The position numbers were made by a program, and so were the translations under genes. Below the pieces are notes generated by a model. It made no database searches. It was not told where the DNA came from and saw only the letters and a list, made by a program, of their open reading frames with translations. Of a DNA stretch of 64,000 bases, positions 45,921-54,963 are shown in pieces. This DNA is from Klebsiella phage Magnus. Position 1 is the stretch's first letter, and each line of letters begins with the position of its first letter. The stretch lies in sequence record NC_049462.1. One strand, given 5' to 3'.

Positions 45921-47309
45921 TTACACCTTCTGTGATTGTCCTTTGTCAACAGGGACTGGCGTCGGTTGAGATGCAACAGCCTGATTTGTCTGAGGAGGCA
46001 GAACCTTCTCAATCATACTGTCTTTAGCGATCTCAGCAACACATTGATAATCGTTAGTCAGGCGTGAAATTTTATGACGAATTTTCGTTATGATATAATG
46101 GCCTGATGATAACTTACTTAACTCGGCCAGGTTTTCATTTTGTTTCGGTCTGTTTGATAGATCTTCGATATAATACACCTGACCAACATTCAGACGATTG
46201 TCACCGACCAAAAGCAAACGCATGACCGTAGATGCCAGACTGAATTTGATAACACGTTTTGCATAATCAACCTGCTCGGCACCGTCGGGTTGTGCTTCGA
46301 GATAACGGACGTTCTCACGATTAAATTCGTCAGAGAACAACGGATATGGATCCAGATGCGCTGTGTCAGCAAACCATTCGGTGTACACACGAGAAGTAGG
46401 CGTGACAGTTTTCGTTCTGAAATCATACACCCTTTCGTCTACAGCCAGGACATCATGATAATTCGCCATGAATTGGTCACGGGCCAATTTCTTTTCCGCT
46501 TTGATTATCGTCCTCATGAAACGCTCAGAGTTGAAGTTGTTGTTTTGCAGCAACGGGGCGTCCTGGGGATCACGGAAGAATTTCTTTTCAAGAGCGGCTT
46601 CTTGTTTTTCTTCAGCGGTCATAGTCTGATTACCTTGGTTGAACAAAGTAGTCAGACTTTTGAAATGATATCCTGTGAAATCTTCATAGAAAACAAATGG
46701 CATGAATATTTCATCATAAGACCGCCGGGCCATGTAATCAATGCTCTTGAGTACAGGCCAAAGCGGTGTCGCGAATCGTTCTTGGATACCATAAGTTGGA
46801 TCTATGTCTTCAAATTTAGTGCGCGATTCGAGCATTTCAAATATCTTTGCCGCCATATCGGAATATGACCCTTGGAGACCAACCGATTTACGCAGCATGC
46901 TATCTTTATATGCATCAGTAGTGACCAGGTGCAGCCAGAACGCTTTCTTGGCTGAAGAATTTGACTCATCAGCGACACGCCCAACCCGGCTGACCCGGAA
47001 CGATAATGCGGTGTAATCTGTAGCCGCCGGGGATTTGAATGAAATCACGACTTCTTCTCCACCAAGGATAGGCATCGTGTCCAGAATATCCCAGCCTTCT
47101 TTGATCAACACATTGGCTGTCAATGATGGTGAAACATTCTCTTCCAAACCCAAATCTTGATAGATATTGAATTCTTGGAATAATGAAGTCAGATCATATG
47201 GCGTTGGGGTTCCTCCTTCCGGTGTATGAGGAAGGATGGCCATATATTTCAAATCAAACGTCGTGGACGGGGTTAAAATACCGTCTTGTGACTCTTTGTT
47301 CTCAATCAT
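45921..47309 (-). CDS. Baseplate hub structural protein (gp27-like?)
   Basis: 462 aa; position within hub cluster; weak family resemblance only. Confidence 0.4.
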   Translation of the reverse strand: MIENKESQDGILTPSTTFDLKYMAILPHTPEGGTPTPYDLTSLFQEFNIYQDLGLEENVSPSLTANVLIKEGWDILDTMPILGGEEVVISFKSPAATDYTALSFRVSRVGRVADESNSSAKKAFWLHLVTTDAYKDSMLRKSVGLQGSYSDMAAKIFEMLESRTKFEDIDPTYGIQERFATPLWPVLKSIDYMARRSYDEIFMPFVFYEDFTGYHFKSLTTLFNQGNQTMTAEEKQEAALEKKFFRDPQDAPLLQNNNFNSERFMRTIIKAEKKLARDQFMANYHDVLAVDERVYDFRTKTVTPTSRVYTEWFADTAHLDPYPLFSDEFNRENVRYLEAQPDGAEQVDYAKRVIKFSLASTVMRLLLVGDNRLNVGQVYYIEDLSNRPKQNENLAELSKLSSGHYIITKIRHKISRLTNDYQCVAEIAKDSMIEKVLPPQTNQAVASQPTPVPVDKGQSQKV

Positions 47310-47863
47310 TTACTCAGCTCCTGTTCCAGCTGGCTGACAAACATGGAAACATAATCAGGATCAAGGACTTGAATTGCACGTTTCGCCTGGTTTTTGTTGA
47401 TGGCATCATCGTGGTATGATATCCCGGTCAAACCATAATTTGCAATGATTTGGGAATCATCCATACCGTCCAGACCGTAAGCCATACGGATAGCTCTGGC
47501 ATCTGTTTCATGCCCAAACTGATCTACATAGTATTTGATATCCCACATACCATCCAAACCGTATTGAGCGATCAATTCTTCAACGATCCGTTGCTCTGGC
47601 TTTGGCCAGTCGTTATTGATATCCATTATACTGTTGATCATACATGGTATCCAAAACAGCTCGAAGGAGCCATAGACACGCTCTGCAAAGGACCTTGGGG
47701 TTTCCCCATCATAAATGTTATACGGCAGGAGAAGCCCTTCGATGTCCTTAATCTTCTGTATGATCATCACACGGCGCGATAGGTTCTGTAATAAAACCTG
47801 ATCATCCTGCTGACAATCAATTAGCTGATGCCAGACGAGGGGGAATTTCTCAAAGAATTTCAT
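47306..47863 (-). CDS. Baseplate cluster protein (position/size of T4 gp28)
   Basis: 185 aa; overlapping stop/start with neighbours. Confidence 0.35.
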   Translation of the reverse strand: MKFFEKFPLVWHQLIDCQQDDQVLLQNLSRRVMIIQKIKDIEGLLLPYNIYDGETPRSFAERVYGSFELFWIPCMINSIMDINNDWPKPEQRIVEELIAQYGLDGMWDIKYYVDQFGHETDARAIRMAYGLDGMDDSQIIANYGLTGISYHDDAINKNQAKRAIQVLDPDYVSMFVSQLEQELSK

Positions 47864-47877
47864 AATCGTCTCCTGGA

Positions 47878-48846
47878 TTAGAAGCTGTCGCCTTCAGTGT
47901 CAAAGCGGCCTTTGTGCAGAGGTTCCAGTTCGATAAATGTCATGTCAATTTGGGTAGACACGATGCTATCATCTTTGTGGACTGCATACGACGAATCCGG
48001 GGTTTCGTTGACGAACATGTTTGACAGAACGCATGTCGAAATCCGGTGCAACCATTTGTTGCGTTCACCTTGCACCATGAATGTGATATCAAATGTCGAC
48101 GGGTGCAGGTAAAACGCGCTGGAGTTCTTGTTGTATTTGTATTCAGGATACATATGCATCTTGAACAGACGAATGATCTCCCTGACCATTTTGGCTTCTT
48201 TCTGAGAGCGCGGTGTGAATTTGAAAGTGAATGGGATTTCACGGTTTCGCACCCCCTGGAAGATCATTTCCACGTATGGATTCGTCATAGTGCCGGTGAA
48301 CAACTCCAGAGTGTCATGAGCGTTAATCGTCGGAAGGAACGGGATAGACTCTGAAGCCGATTGGATAGCCTTCGTCGCGGCAAACCGACCCATTTCCTTA
48401 CCAACATTGAGAGCATCACCAAGTTTGAACTGGCTCATATCTTGGGCAGCGCGGGAAAGGAATTGGGCACCCATACCAGCGAGACCCAACTCAGAGCCGT
48501 TCCAGCCAACGCCATAGTTGGTAGTGATGGATTCGGGCATACACAGGACAATGGACTCGTTAGAACGCACGTGACGCGCCCAGGCATATTTGCTGATGGA
48601 CCCTGACTTGGTACCATACACAACAGGGGTATTACCCAGCGGGTTCTGGATAGGGTTCTGAACCGTCTGTGTTGCGGTGCTTCCATAAGAAGAACCAGAT
48701 ATCCTGTTGATGTTGAACAGAACATAATGGCCAAGGGTTTTACCCCCGGTGATATCCAGCGGATAGACCAATTGTTTCTGGGCCTGTGTCAAGCCTTTGG
48801 TGTTCAGAACTTTGATCTTATCCAGGGTAGACTTGAAATTCGCCAT
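47878..48846 (-). CDS. Baseplate tube/tail-tube family protein (gp19/gp48/gp54-like)
   Basis: 322 aa; tube-protein-like beta-rich pattern ...NPYVEMIFQGVRNREIPFTFKFTPRS... Confidence 0.45.
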   Translation of the reverse strand: MANFKSTLDKIKVLNTKGLTQAQKQLVYPLDITGGKTLGHYVLFNINRISGSSYGSTATQTVQNPIQNPLGNTPVVYGTKSGSISKYAWARHVRSNESIVLCMPESITTNYGVGWNGSELGLAGMGAQFLSRAAQDMSQFKLGDALNVGKEMGRFAATKAIQSASESIPFLPTINAHDTLELFTGTMTNPYVEMIFQGVRNREIPFTFKFTPRSQKEAKMVREIIRLFKMHMYPEYKYNKNSSAFYLHPSTFDITFMVQGERNKWLHRISTCVLSNMFVNETPDSSYAVHKDDSIVSTQIDMTFIELEPLHKGRFDTEGDSF

Positions 48847-48899
48847 GGTCTTCAGCCCTTAATTAGAAATAGAATGTTGACACTATTTAGGACTCAATT

Positions 48900-49517
48900 A
48901 TGGCTATGTATCTTCAGGGGAAATATGCCCCCGTAAATCCCAAGAAATACAAAGGTGACATTCATAAAATTGTTTTCCGGTCTTCTCTAGAACTGGTGGC
49001 ATTCAAATTTTGTGATACAAACCCGGCTATTGTCTATTGGTCATCCGAAGAAACTGTCATCCCTTATATTTCACCAGTTGATGGTCGACCGCATCGCTAT
49101 TTTATGGATTTGAAAGTATGGACCAGATCACCCAATAGTGAAGAACTCAAGATCACGTTGATCGAAATTAAACCTAAAGATCAGATTAAAGAACCGAAGA
49201 AAACGAAGACAATGAAGGAATCAACCTTCAATAATTCTATGCGGACTTATCTGGTCAATCAGGCTAAATGGACAGCAACCCGAGAGCATTGTGCAAAGAT
49301 GGGATGGTCATTTATTATCTGGACAGAAGAGCACCTCGTTCCTGGGGAAGATCCTGATGTCAAGAAGCAATTTGCTCTCAGGTCTAAAATAAAAAGAGAA
49401 AAGGAAATACAAGATCGGCGGCGGGAAGAGAACATCAGGGCTCTGAAAGAACAAATGAAAAAGACCATCAAATCGAACGAACCAAAGGAACGTGATGATG
49501 GTCTCTTGTTGCCTTAA
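48900..49517 (+). CDS. gp4: Head completion protein gp4-like (PD-(D/E)xK fold)
   Basis: FRSSLELVAFKF (T4 gp4 FRSGLEDKVSKQ), IPYISPVDGRPHRYFMDLKVW...EIKP (T4: IPASNHTYTPDFLLPNG..ETKG); basic C-terminal tail. Confidence 0.55.
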   Translation: MAMYLQGKYAPVNPKKYKGDIHKIVFRSSLELVAFKFCDTNPAIVYWSSEETVIPYISPVDGRPHRYFMDLKVWTRSPNSEELKITLIEIKPKDQIKEPKKTKTMKESTFNNSMRTYLVNQAKWTATREHCAKMGWSFIIWTEEHLVPGEDPDVKKQFALRSKIKREKEIQDRRREENIRALKEQMKKTIKSNEPKERDDGLLLP

Positions 49518-49524
49518 CTTATGA

Positions 49525-49722
49525 TCAGCTATGCCCGGGAGCTATACATTTTAATTTATCGCGACTGATATACCAACCATCCTTCCGGGCTTCTTTAGCA
49601 CATTCAGCATATGTCTCACCCCCATATATTTTGGGATACGACGTGCTGTATTGGGAAGATCTGTATTGAGTGCAGTCAGCACAATCGCAATAAAGTTCCA
49701 ATGAATAACCAGACACGATCAT
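49525..49722 (-). CDS. Small Cys-rich (zinc-binding?) protein
   Basis: CDCADC...C...C pattern in 65 aa. Confidence 0.35.
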   Translation of the reverse strand: MIVSGYSLELYCDCADCTQYRSSQYSTSYPKIYGGETYAECAKEARKDGWYISRDKLKCIAPGHS

Positions 49723-49724
49723 AA

Positions 49725-50132
49725 TCAGTTATCCAGTTGGTCGTAAATCACGCGACGGAAATCATTACCCTTGGCACAGCCCTTGGCAACAAGACGAGTG
49801 CCGCCAGTACCAATGACGCTGATCGTTGAAAACCGCAGGACGCGCCCGGTGATGGACTGGTCGACCTTTACGGTTTCAACTTTACCCAAACGGAGTTCAT
49901 CTGCATCACGACGGATAAACCCTGTTTTGAAGATAACGCGCTTGTTGGTGACGGCAAATTCAGTCGTCAGGTTCCGAATGACCGTGGGAATCAGGAAAAA
50001 CAGGCTGATACCAAAAGTCGGAACGAGGAATACAGCCACCCAGAAATAGACCCAAAATCCACTCCACCAGGTCGGGCGGGTAAAGCCAATCACGTGTTCG
50101 TTCTGGCCGAGCATACGATCTACATAACGCAT
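49725..50132 (-). CDS. Membrane-anchored bacterial PH-domain (bPH_2/YdbT-like) protein
   Basis: Two N-terminal TM helices (WWSGFWVYFWVAVFLVPTFGISLFFLIPTVI) followed by ...AVTNKRVIFKTGFIRRDADELRLGKVETVKV... typical of bPH_2. Confidence 0.5.
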   Translation of the reverse strand: MRYVDRMLGQNEHVIGFTRPTWWSGFWVYFWVAVFLVPTFGISLFFLIPTVIRNLTTEFAVTNKRVIFKTGFIRRDADELRLGKVETVKVDQSITGRVLRFSTISVIGTGGTRLVAKGCAKGNDFRRVIYDQLDN

Positions 50133-50142
50133 TTTGTTTTCC

Positions 50143-50655
50143 TTATTTGTCGGGGTTTACGCAAAAGGGAGTTGTGGTCAGCTCGCCTTTATCATTAAAA
50201 CTATATTTCAGAATGGCAAATTGGTCAACCATACGATAGACTTCAATGCCGGCATTCATCATTTCTACGATACCAGTGGTGATCCTGTACGGTTCACAGT
50301 AGATCACTTTATCGACCTTGCCGCTGGCAATAATACGTTTGGTGCACTCAGGGCAAGGACTGTGAGTGACGAACATAACCAGGCCACAACAATCTGCCGC
50401 ATGTTGAGGTAAACGGTTCAGAGCATTTTCTTCGGCGTGAATAACACCGTCAGATACCAGCTGGCCGTCTACTTCTATTTCGCACACATTAGGAGCGCCG
50501 GGTGCAGTACCGTTCCAGCCAATAGCCAACGGCTGATCAACCCGAGGATCTACGATAACACAACCAACCTGGAGACGGCGGGCATAACTGGTTTTGCCAT
50601 ATGCCTGGGCTGCTCTCATATGGGCAAACATCATGCGCGGCTTAATCATGGACAT
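50143..50655 (-). CDS. cd: dCMP deaminase (T4 Cd-like)
   Basis: Zinc motifs HAEENAL and SPCPEC; 170 aa. Confidence 0.8.
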   Translation of the reverse strand: MSMIKPRMMFAHMRAAQAYGKTSYARRLQVGCVIVDPRVDQPLAIGWNGTAPGAPNVCEIEVDGQLVSDGVIHAEENALNRLPQHAADCCGLVMFVTHSPCPECTKRIIASGKVDKVIYCEPYRITTGIVEMMNAGIEVYRMVDQFAILKYSFNDKGELTTTPFCVNPDK

Positions 50656-50986
50656 TGACCTCTTGTGAGAACATGAAGATCAGGTCTTCACCGTCAAACT
50701 TACATGAAACCGCCAGGGAAGCAACCCAGCTATGGATGATATTGCTGATGACGGTTCGCATTTCGTCTTTCAGTGTATCATTGACTTCGCGGCCTGCGAA
50801 TTTCTCAAGCGCGGTGGTTATGACATTATCGGCATGAGGATAATGATTGACATAACGCATCAGATATTTCTCACGCAGAACGATTTTGTCCGTAAGGTCA
50901 GACAACTCCGCAGCTTCTTCTGAATAAAGGCGTTCTTTGGCCTTCAATTCTAACACACGTTCATACAACTCTTTTAGCGGCATCAT
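50642..50986 (-). CDS. Hypothetical protein
   Basis: 114-aa ORF in early-gene array. Confidence 0.4.
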   Translation of the reverse strand: MMPLKELYERVLELKAKERLYSEEAAELSDLTDKIVLREKYLMRYVNHYPHADNVITTALEKFAGREVNDTLKDEMRTVISNIIHSWVASLAVSCKFDGEDLIFMFSQEVNVHD

Positions 50987-51048
50987 AATGGCATCTCCTG
51001 ATGAATTAAGGAGAGTATATACTCTCCTTTTTCAATACGCTTTCAAAT

Positions 51049-51444
51049 TTAGTTCAGGCAGATTTCTCGCCCCAGCGCAGTCAGGCGATAGAATTGGATC
51101 ACTTTCCCACGAGCATAGCGGTAATTGCCGTCAGGGGCGTCATGACCGCCATCATGGGTTACAGTAAACCAAGGCTCAATCAACCCTTTCTTGAGCAGAG
51201 ACTCCCCGGTTTGGGTATCCCAAGGATCACCCAGGACGTTGGTCAGATGCCGGCTCGGGGTAAAATTCCAAACGCGGACACCCTTTTCGTTCTTCCAGGA
51301 CTTGACACAGCGTTTTTCATGACGGCCATGACGAGTGAGGCGAACGCCGTCCTCAAAATTACGCATACCCAGCATATAATTCAATTGATGAGCCGTATAG
51401 CGAGGCCACTTTTGAGTTTTCACAACAGTATCTTTCGCTTTCAT
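51049..51444 (-). CDS. Hypothetical protein
   Basis: 131-aa ORF; His/Asp-rich C-terminus (VTHDGGHDAPDG). Confidence 0.4.
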   Translation of the reverse strand: MKAKDTVVKTQKWPRYTAHQLNYMLGMRNFEDGVRLTRHGRHEKRCVKSWKNEKGVRVWNFTPSRHLTNVLGDPWDTQTGESLLKKGLIEPWFTVTHDGGHDAPDGNYRYARGKVIQFYRLTALGREICLN

Positions 51445-51812
51445 AATATTCTCGCTCTTTCAAGGATGATTTCAACTTCACCCCAATCCACGAAGGGGCG
51501 CTTAGACATTGGGTCATAACTCAGAGGACAACCAAGAGCGGCATCGTCAATATACAATTGCGCATATGCTTTTGGTGAATCTGTCCATTCATGCTGTGTC
51601 GGATTCTTGTTGATACCATACAGCGGGATATCAAATGACTGGAACCAATCAACCGCTTCTTCAAGTTGTTTCCCGCTGCGCATGGTGAACAGAATCAGAA
51701 GATGATTTTTATCCACCAGCTTTTTTAGAACCTCTACAGCACCAATATGGCGTCCGATGAGAGGATATTCATGGGTAACACATGTCCCATCAAAATCGAT
51801 ACCGATTATCAT
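51441..51812 (-). CDS. Small HAD-superfamily phosphatase-like protein
   Basis: Motif I IGIDFDGTCV (DxDGT), later YIDDAALG (DD motif). Confidence 0.5.
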   Translation of the reverse strand: MIIGIDFDGTCVTHEYPLIGRHIGAVEVLKKLVDKNHLLILFTMRSGKQLEEAVDWFQSFDIPLYGINKNPTQHEWTDSPKAYAQLYIDDAALGCPLSYDPMSKRPFVDWGEVEIILERARIL

Positions 51813-51875
51813 GATTTATCTCTTAGATTATGGATTAGCTTCAATAATACGTCATTTCGTATATAGAAAAGCCCC

Positions 51876-52172
51876 TTACGGGGCTTCATCTTTATCAGAT
51901 TTATAAACTTCCCATCGGCCTATTCCACGCCATTCACCAAGATCGTTCCAGGTGCGAGTTCCTACCCAGCCACCAACTTCATAATAATGGCATATGCATG
52001 CCCAGAAGTCTTTGAAAGTTACTTTCCGAGTTGGTTTCACACATGCGATTTGCCAGCGGGTTAAGCTGATTGCCTGGAACAATGGATGGATATAATTGCT
52101 ATAGATCAAATATAACGCGATGAGCGCAATGCATCCCACAAATAACATACCGATAGCAGTGAAAACAAACAT
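51876..52172 (-). CDS. Small membrane protein
   Basis: TAATG overlap with dexA stop, AAGGTGGAA RBS; MFVFTAIGMLFVGCIALIALYLIY TM segment. Confidence 0.45.
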   Translation of the reverse strand: MFVFTAIGMLFVGCIALIALYLIYSNYIHPLFQAISLTRWQIACVKPTRKVTFKDFWACICHYYEVGGWVGTRTWNDLGEWRGIGRWEVYKSDKDEAP

Positions 52173-52801
52173 TATTCCACCTTTAATCCCATCAGATCTT
52201 CCATGGTTTTCTGGATGCGGAGCCAATCCAGCGCAGCATCATAACGAGGATCATGGTATACCATGCCTTCCAGTTCCCATGCCTTGATGCCGGCATAGCG
52301 ATCCATCTGGCCAACACCTTTCAGCCAGCTGACGATATCAAATGTGTGGTGATAATCCCACGGCTCATTGGAGTATTGCCCGCAGGTCACTTCAATGATA
52401 TGCTGGGCTTTACGCAGGTCGAATAGATTTCGATCACACCAGTCAACCGACCTGGGATCAACCCCCAGGCGATGACATCCTTTGCGAATTTCATCGGCCA
52501 GCTGATAGATGGAGATATCGTCTTCCTTTGGATACAGGCTGACTTCACGGGCGGCATCACATGGATTATATTTCCCGTTTCCCAGCCACCAGTCTACAGT
52601 CACTTTCTCTTTTACACGACCGAGGTCGATTTGCTCTTTGACATTCAATTTAATGAATGTGGTACGTTCTTCGACTAGTTGCTGGAGAGTATAACGTTTG
52701 GTCAAATCCGCTACTGTCTGCGCCCAGGATAACATAACAGCATCATCCCAGCGGCCCAGGGTTTCACTATCGGCGACCGCCAAAATATTTGATTTATACA
52801 T
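52172..52801 (-). CDS. dexA: DnaQ-like 3'-5' exonuclease (T4 DexA-like)
   Basis: Exo I ILAVADSET, Exo III YHDPRYDAALD; GGAGG RBS; about 209 aa like T4 DexA (227 aa). Confidence 0.6.
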   Translation of the reverse strand: MYKSNILAVADSETLGRWDDAVMLSWAQTVADLTKRYTLQQLVEERTTFIKLNVKEQIDLGRVKEKVTVDWWLGNGKYNPCDAAREVSLYPKEDDISIYQLADEIRKGCHRLGVDPRSVDWCDRNLFDLRKAQHIIEVTCGQYSNEPWDYHHTFDIVSWLKGVGQMDRYAGIKAWELEGMVYHDPRYDAALDWLRIQKTMEDLMGLKVE

Positions 52802-53399
52802 TGTTACCCTCCACCCGGATAATTTCTTCTTCAGAATCGACGACGTTGATATCATCATCCAGCGCGTTCAGATTTTCCATGTCTTCCGCAAACTTGTCTA
52901 CTTCCATGATGTAGAACACGGGGACAACCCGGCGGCGAGTGTCTTCATACAGGGTTTCAGCCAGCGCTTCCACCTGGCGGACAACGTCATACAGATTAAG
53001 ACCGCCGATACCACAACCGATAGCTGGCAGGCCGATATAGACCGTTTCAGAATCCTTCGCTTCCATAATCTCGTGAAGTTGTTCAAACATCACTTGTACA
53101 GAACTGATAACGGAAGGCATACGAGCATTTGGGCCTGTATAGAATTGAGTATACAGGTTGAAGCCCCAAACACCCGTGTCACGGTCAAAGGCATAAGACA
53201 TGCCACCGAGACGCTGCTCCGGCCCGCGCTCATCGTTCTGGTCTGCGCGCCAGACGTCAGGAAACCCCAGCCGAACGAAATTGGCGATACCCGCGCCCAT
53301 CACCGACCAGCAATTGGCGCCATGGGCGAATCCGTTAATAAGATTGAAACTTTTCGCGGCTTCCAACAAATTCCCACCACGAACGATATACGTTGTCAT
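52794..53399 (-). CDS. Macro-domain protein (ADP-ribose binding/hydrolysing)
   Basis: GNLLEAAKSFNLINGFAHGANCWSVMGAGIANFV (macro N-terminal Gly-rich loop) and TVYIGLPAIGCGIGGL (second Gly motif). Confidence 0.6.
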   Translation of the reverse strand: MTTYIVRGGNLLEAAKSFNLINGFAHGANCWSVMGAGIANFVRLGFPDVWRADQNDERGPEQRLGGMSYAFDRDTGVWGFNLYTQFYTGPNARMPSVISSVQVMFEQLHEIMEAKDSETVYIGLPAIGCGIGGLNLYDVVRQVEALAETLYEDTRRRVVPVFYIMEVDKFAEDMENLNALDDDINVVDSEEEIIRVEGNNV

Positions 53400-53629
53400 A
53401 CAATTCTTCTCCAGGTAATGTTGATGTCATCAATAAATTCAAGGCAAAAAACGCCGCCATGTCCTTCACTATTGTTGATGGACATGATAGATGTTCTCTC
53501 GTCGGTGGCGATAAGATTAACCCCAAACCCTTTGGACATCAAACGGAAAGCGATTTCTTTTGCGATCCGATTGAGATACGCAGGGGTGGTTGCCGGATCA
53601 AAATATTTTTCGAACTCAGGCATCACCAA
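53396..53629 (-). CDS. Hypothetical protein
   Basis: 77-aa ORF. Confidence 0.35.
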   Translation of the reverse strand: MVMPEFEKYFDPATTPAYLNRIAKEIAFRLMSKGFGVNLIATDERTSIMSINNSEGHGGVFCLEFIDDINITWRRIV

Positions 53630-53865
53630 TTCCCCTTCATCACGCTTTCCATTGCGTTTTCAGAAATATATTCGATGAAATCATTGTCGGACGCCATCTT
53701 CAACAACTCGAATAATTCACCACCGACGGCGCAACCAAACATCCCTTCTAACATTCCCTTCACGTTTTCATCGATTTCTTCTGGGTTTAATTCATATAAT
53801 TTCAAGCGACGTGAAATAGCCCGAAATTGCGCGATATCACCGGGTTCAAATTTGGCCATGGTCAT
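53623..53865 (-). CDS. Hypothetical protein
   Basis: 80-aa ORF. Confidence 0.35.
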   Translation of the reverse strand: MTMAKFEPGDIAQFRAISRRLKLYELNPEEIDENVKGMLEGMFGCAVGGELFELLKMASDNDFIEYISENAMESVMKGNW

Positions 53866-53908
53866 TTACCAGTTATGGGATTAGGCGGTAATAATACCGC
53901 CTTTTTAT

Positions 53909-54313
53909 TCAATAAAGGTCTTCGGAGAAAAGCTGGTTGAAAGGAGTATTCTTCAGACGAACTTGGTTGACTTGCCCGGCTTCTTTAGCGACGATCGCTG
54001 CCTCTTCACGAGTTAAGAAATTGCCTTGGTTGTCGATGAAACCCTGTTCACGGGTATGGGTTGTGGTAATGACCCCAGCTTCTTTTAGAATTCTTAACTG
54101 GGAATTCATCAATAGGCTGTGGTGACGATCAGCAACCACGATCACGTCACCATATTTGTTGGCTGCGGCCACGATACGGCGCTGCCATTCCCCTTCCTTG
54201 GGGAGGTCACGAGCGTACAGGGCAACCATTGTACCATCCGGGGTTCCTTTGACCTCAGAGAACAATCGTCCAGTGCCACCAGGGAGTTCACGGAAATAAC
54301 CAAGTAGTTTCAT
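53909..54313 (-). CDS. Hypothetical protein (ELPGGTG...FLTREEA motifs; possible Rossmann/SLOG-like nucleotide-processing fold)
   Basis: 134 aa; motifs YFRELPGGTGRLFSEV and GFIDNQGNFLTREEAAIVAKEAGQV; assignment tentative. Confidence 0.35.
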   Translation of the reverse strand: MKLLGYFRELPGGTGRLFSEVKGTPDGTMVALYARDLPKEGEWQRRIVAAANKYGDVIVVADRHHSLLMNSQLRILKEAGVITTTHTREQGFIDNQGNFLTREEAAIVAKEAGQVNQVRLKNTPFNQLFSEDLY

Positions 54314-54316
54314 AAT

Positions 54317-54631
54317 CTATTCAATCCATATTTCAGGTTCAGGAATATCGACCATATCCACAGTTTGATTTTTCAGATCGTGAAAACAGTCGCCAAGAAA
54401 TTGTATTTTTCCATTTGTCAAGAATAAATGACAGCGTGAGCCGGGGCTATCTTTAAACACCAATAGACTTGGAGTGAAAGTGGGTGCAACAACATCGTTG
54501 TTCCACTCCCAGATCGGGCCTTGTTCTGGAGAACCCTTCACGCGATATGGGTGAAGCATATTACAACCAGGACATTGAAAATATAAAGAATCACCCATAG
54601 ACAATAATTTTGAACTCAGGAATCTGCTCAT
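54317..54631 (-). CDS. Conserved Cys/His-cluster protein (CPGC...CH...DCxH)
   Basis: 104 aa with CPGCN, RCHLFL, DCFH motifs (putative metal binding). Confidence 0.4.
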   Translation of the reverse strand: MSRFLSSKLLSMGDSLYFQCPGCNMLHPYRVKGSPEQGPIWEWNNDVVAPTFTPSLLVFKDSPGSRCHLFLTNGKIQFLGDCFHDLKNQTVDMVDIPEPEIWIE

Positions 54632-54921
54632 CAGCTGTCCATCTCCTCATATGGATTGTAAGGGCGCAATTCCCCGATCAGTTTAGGCAACAAGGCGAAG
54701 CCGAACAGATTGAAGGAACGCATAGTGCCTACCATGACAACATCATCGTCTTCGTCAGTGATATCTTTCAAAGAACATATGGGGACATATGCGTCGAAAT
54801 CTTCACCTTCCCCTTCTTCTACAAGGGCGAATGCGACTTCTTCTGATATGAAGCGAGGGATGCATATGTCAAGCACCCAAGCAAGGAATACAAGAACGGA
54901 AATGCTGCGGAAATAGAACAT
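54631..54921 (-). CDS. Small acidic hypothetical protein
   Basis: 96-aa ORF, acidic (EEGEGEDFDAY, DEDDDVV). Confidence 0.35.
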   Translation of the reverse strand: MFYFRSISVLVFLAWVLDICIPRFISEEVAFALVEEGEGEDFDAYVPICSLKDITDEDDDVVMVGTMRSFNLFGFALLPKLIGELRPYNPYEEMDS

Positions 54922-54963
54922 ATTAAAGCCCTCGCAGGTGGCGGGGGCTTTTGGCCCCCTGTA

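Noticed and set aside
52698-53678. 326-aa plus-strand ORF
   Set aside because: It is antisense to dexA, the macro-domain gene and two small genes, all with motifs or RBSs on the minus strand. The whole 49.5-64 kb block is minus-strand coded.
53884-53902. Hairpin ggcggtattattaccgcc followed by T5 on the plus strand inside a minus-strand gene block
   Set aside because: Its orientation would terminate only antisense transcripts. It could be an RNA-stability element or an antisense terminator, but without expression data it remains a structural observation.
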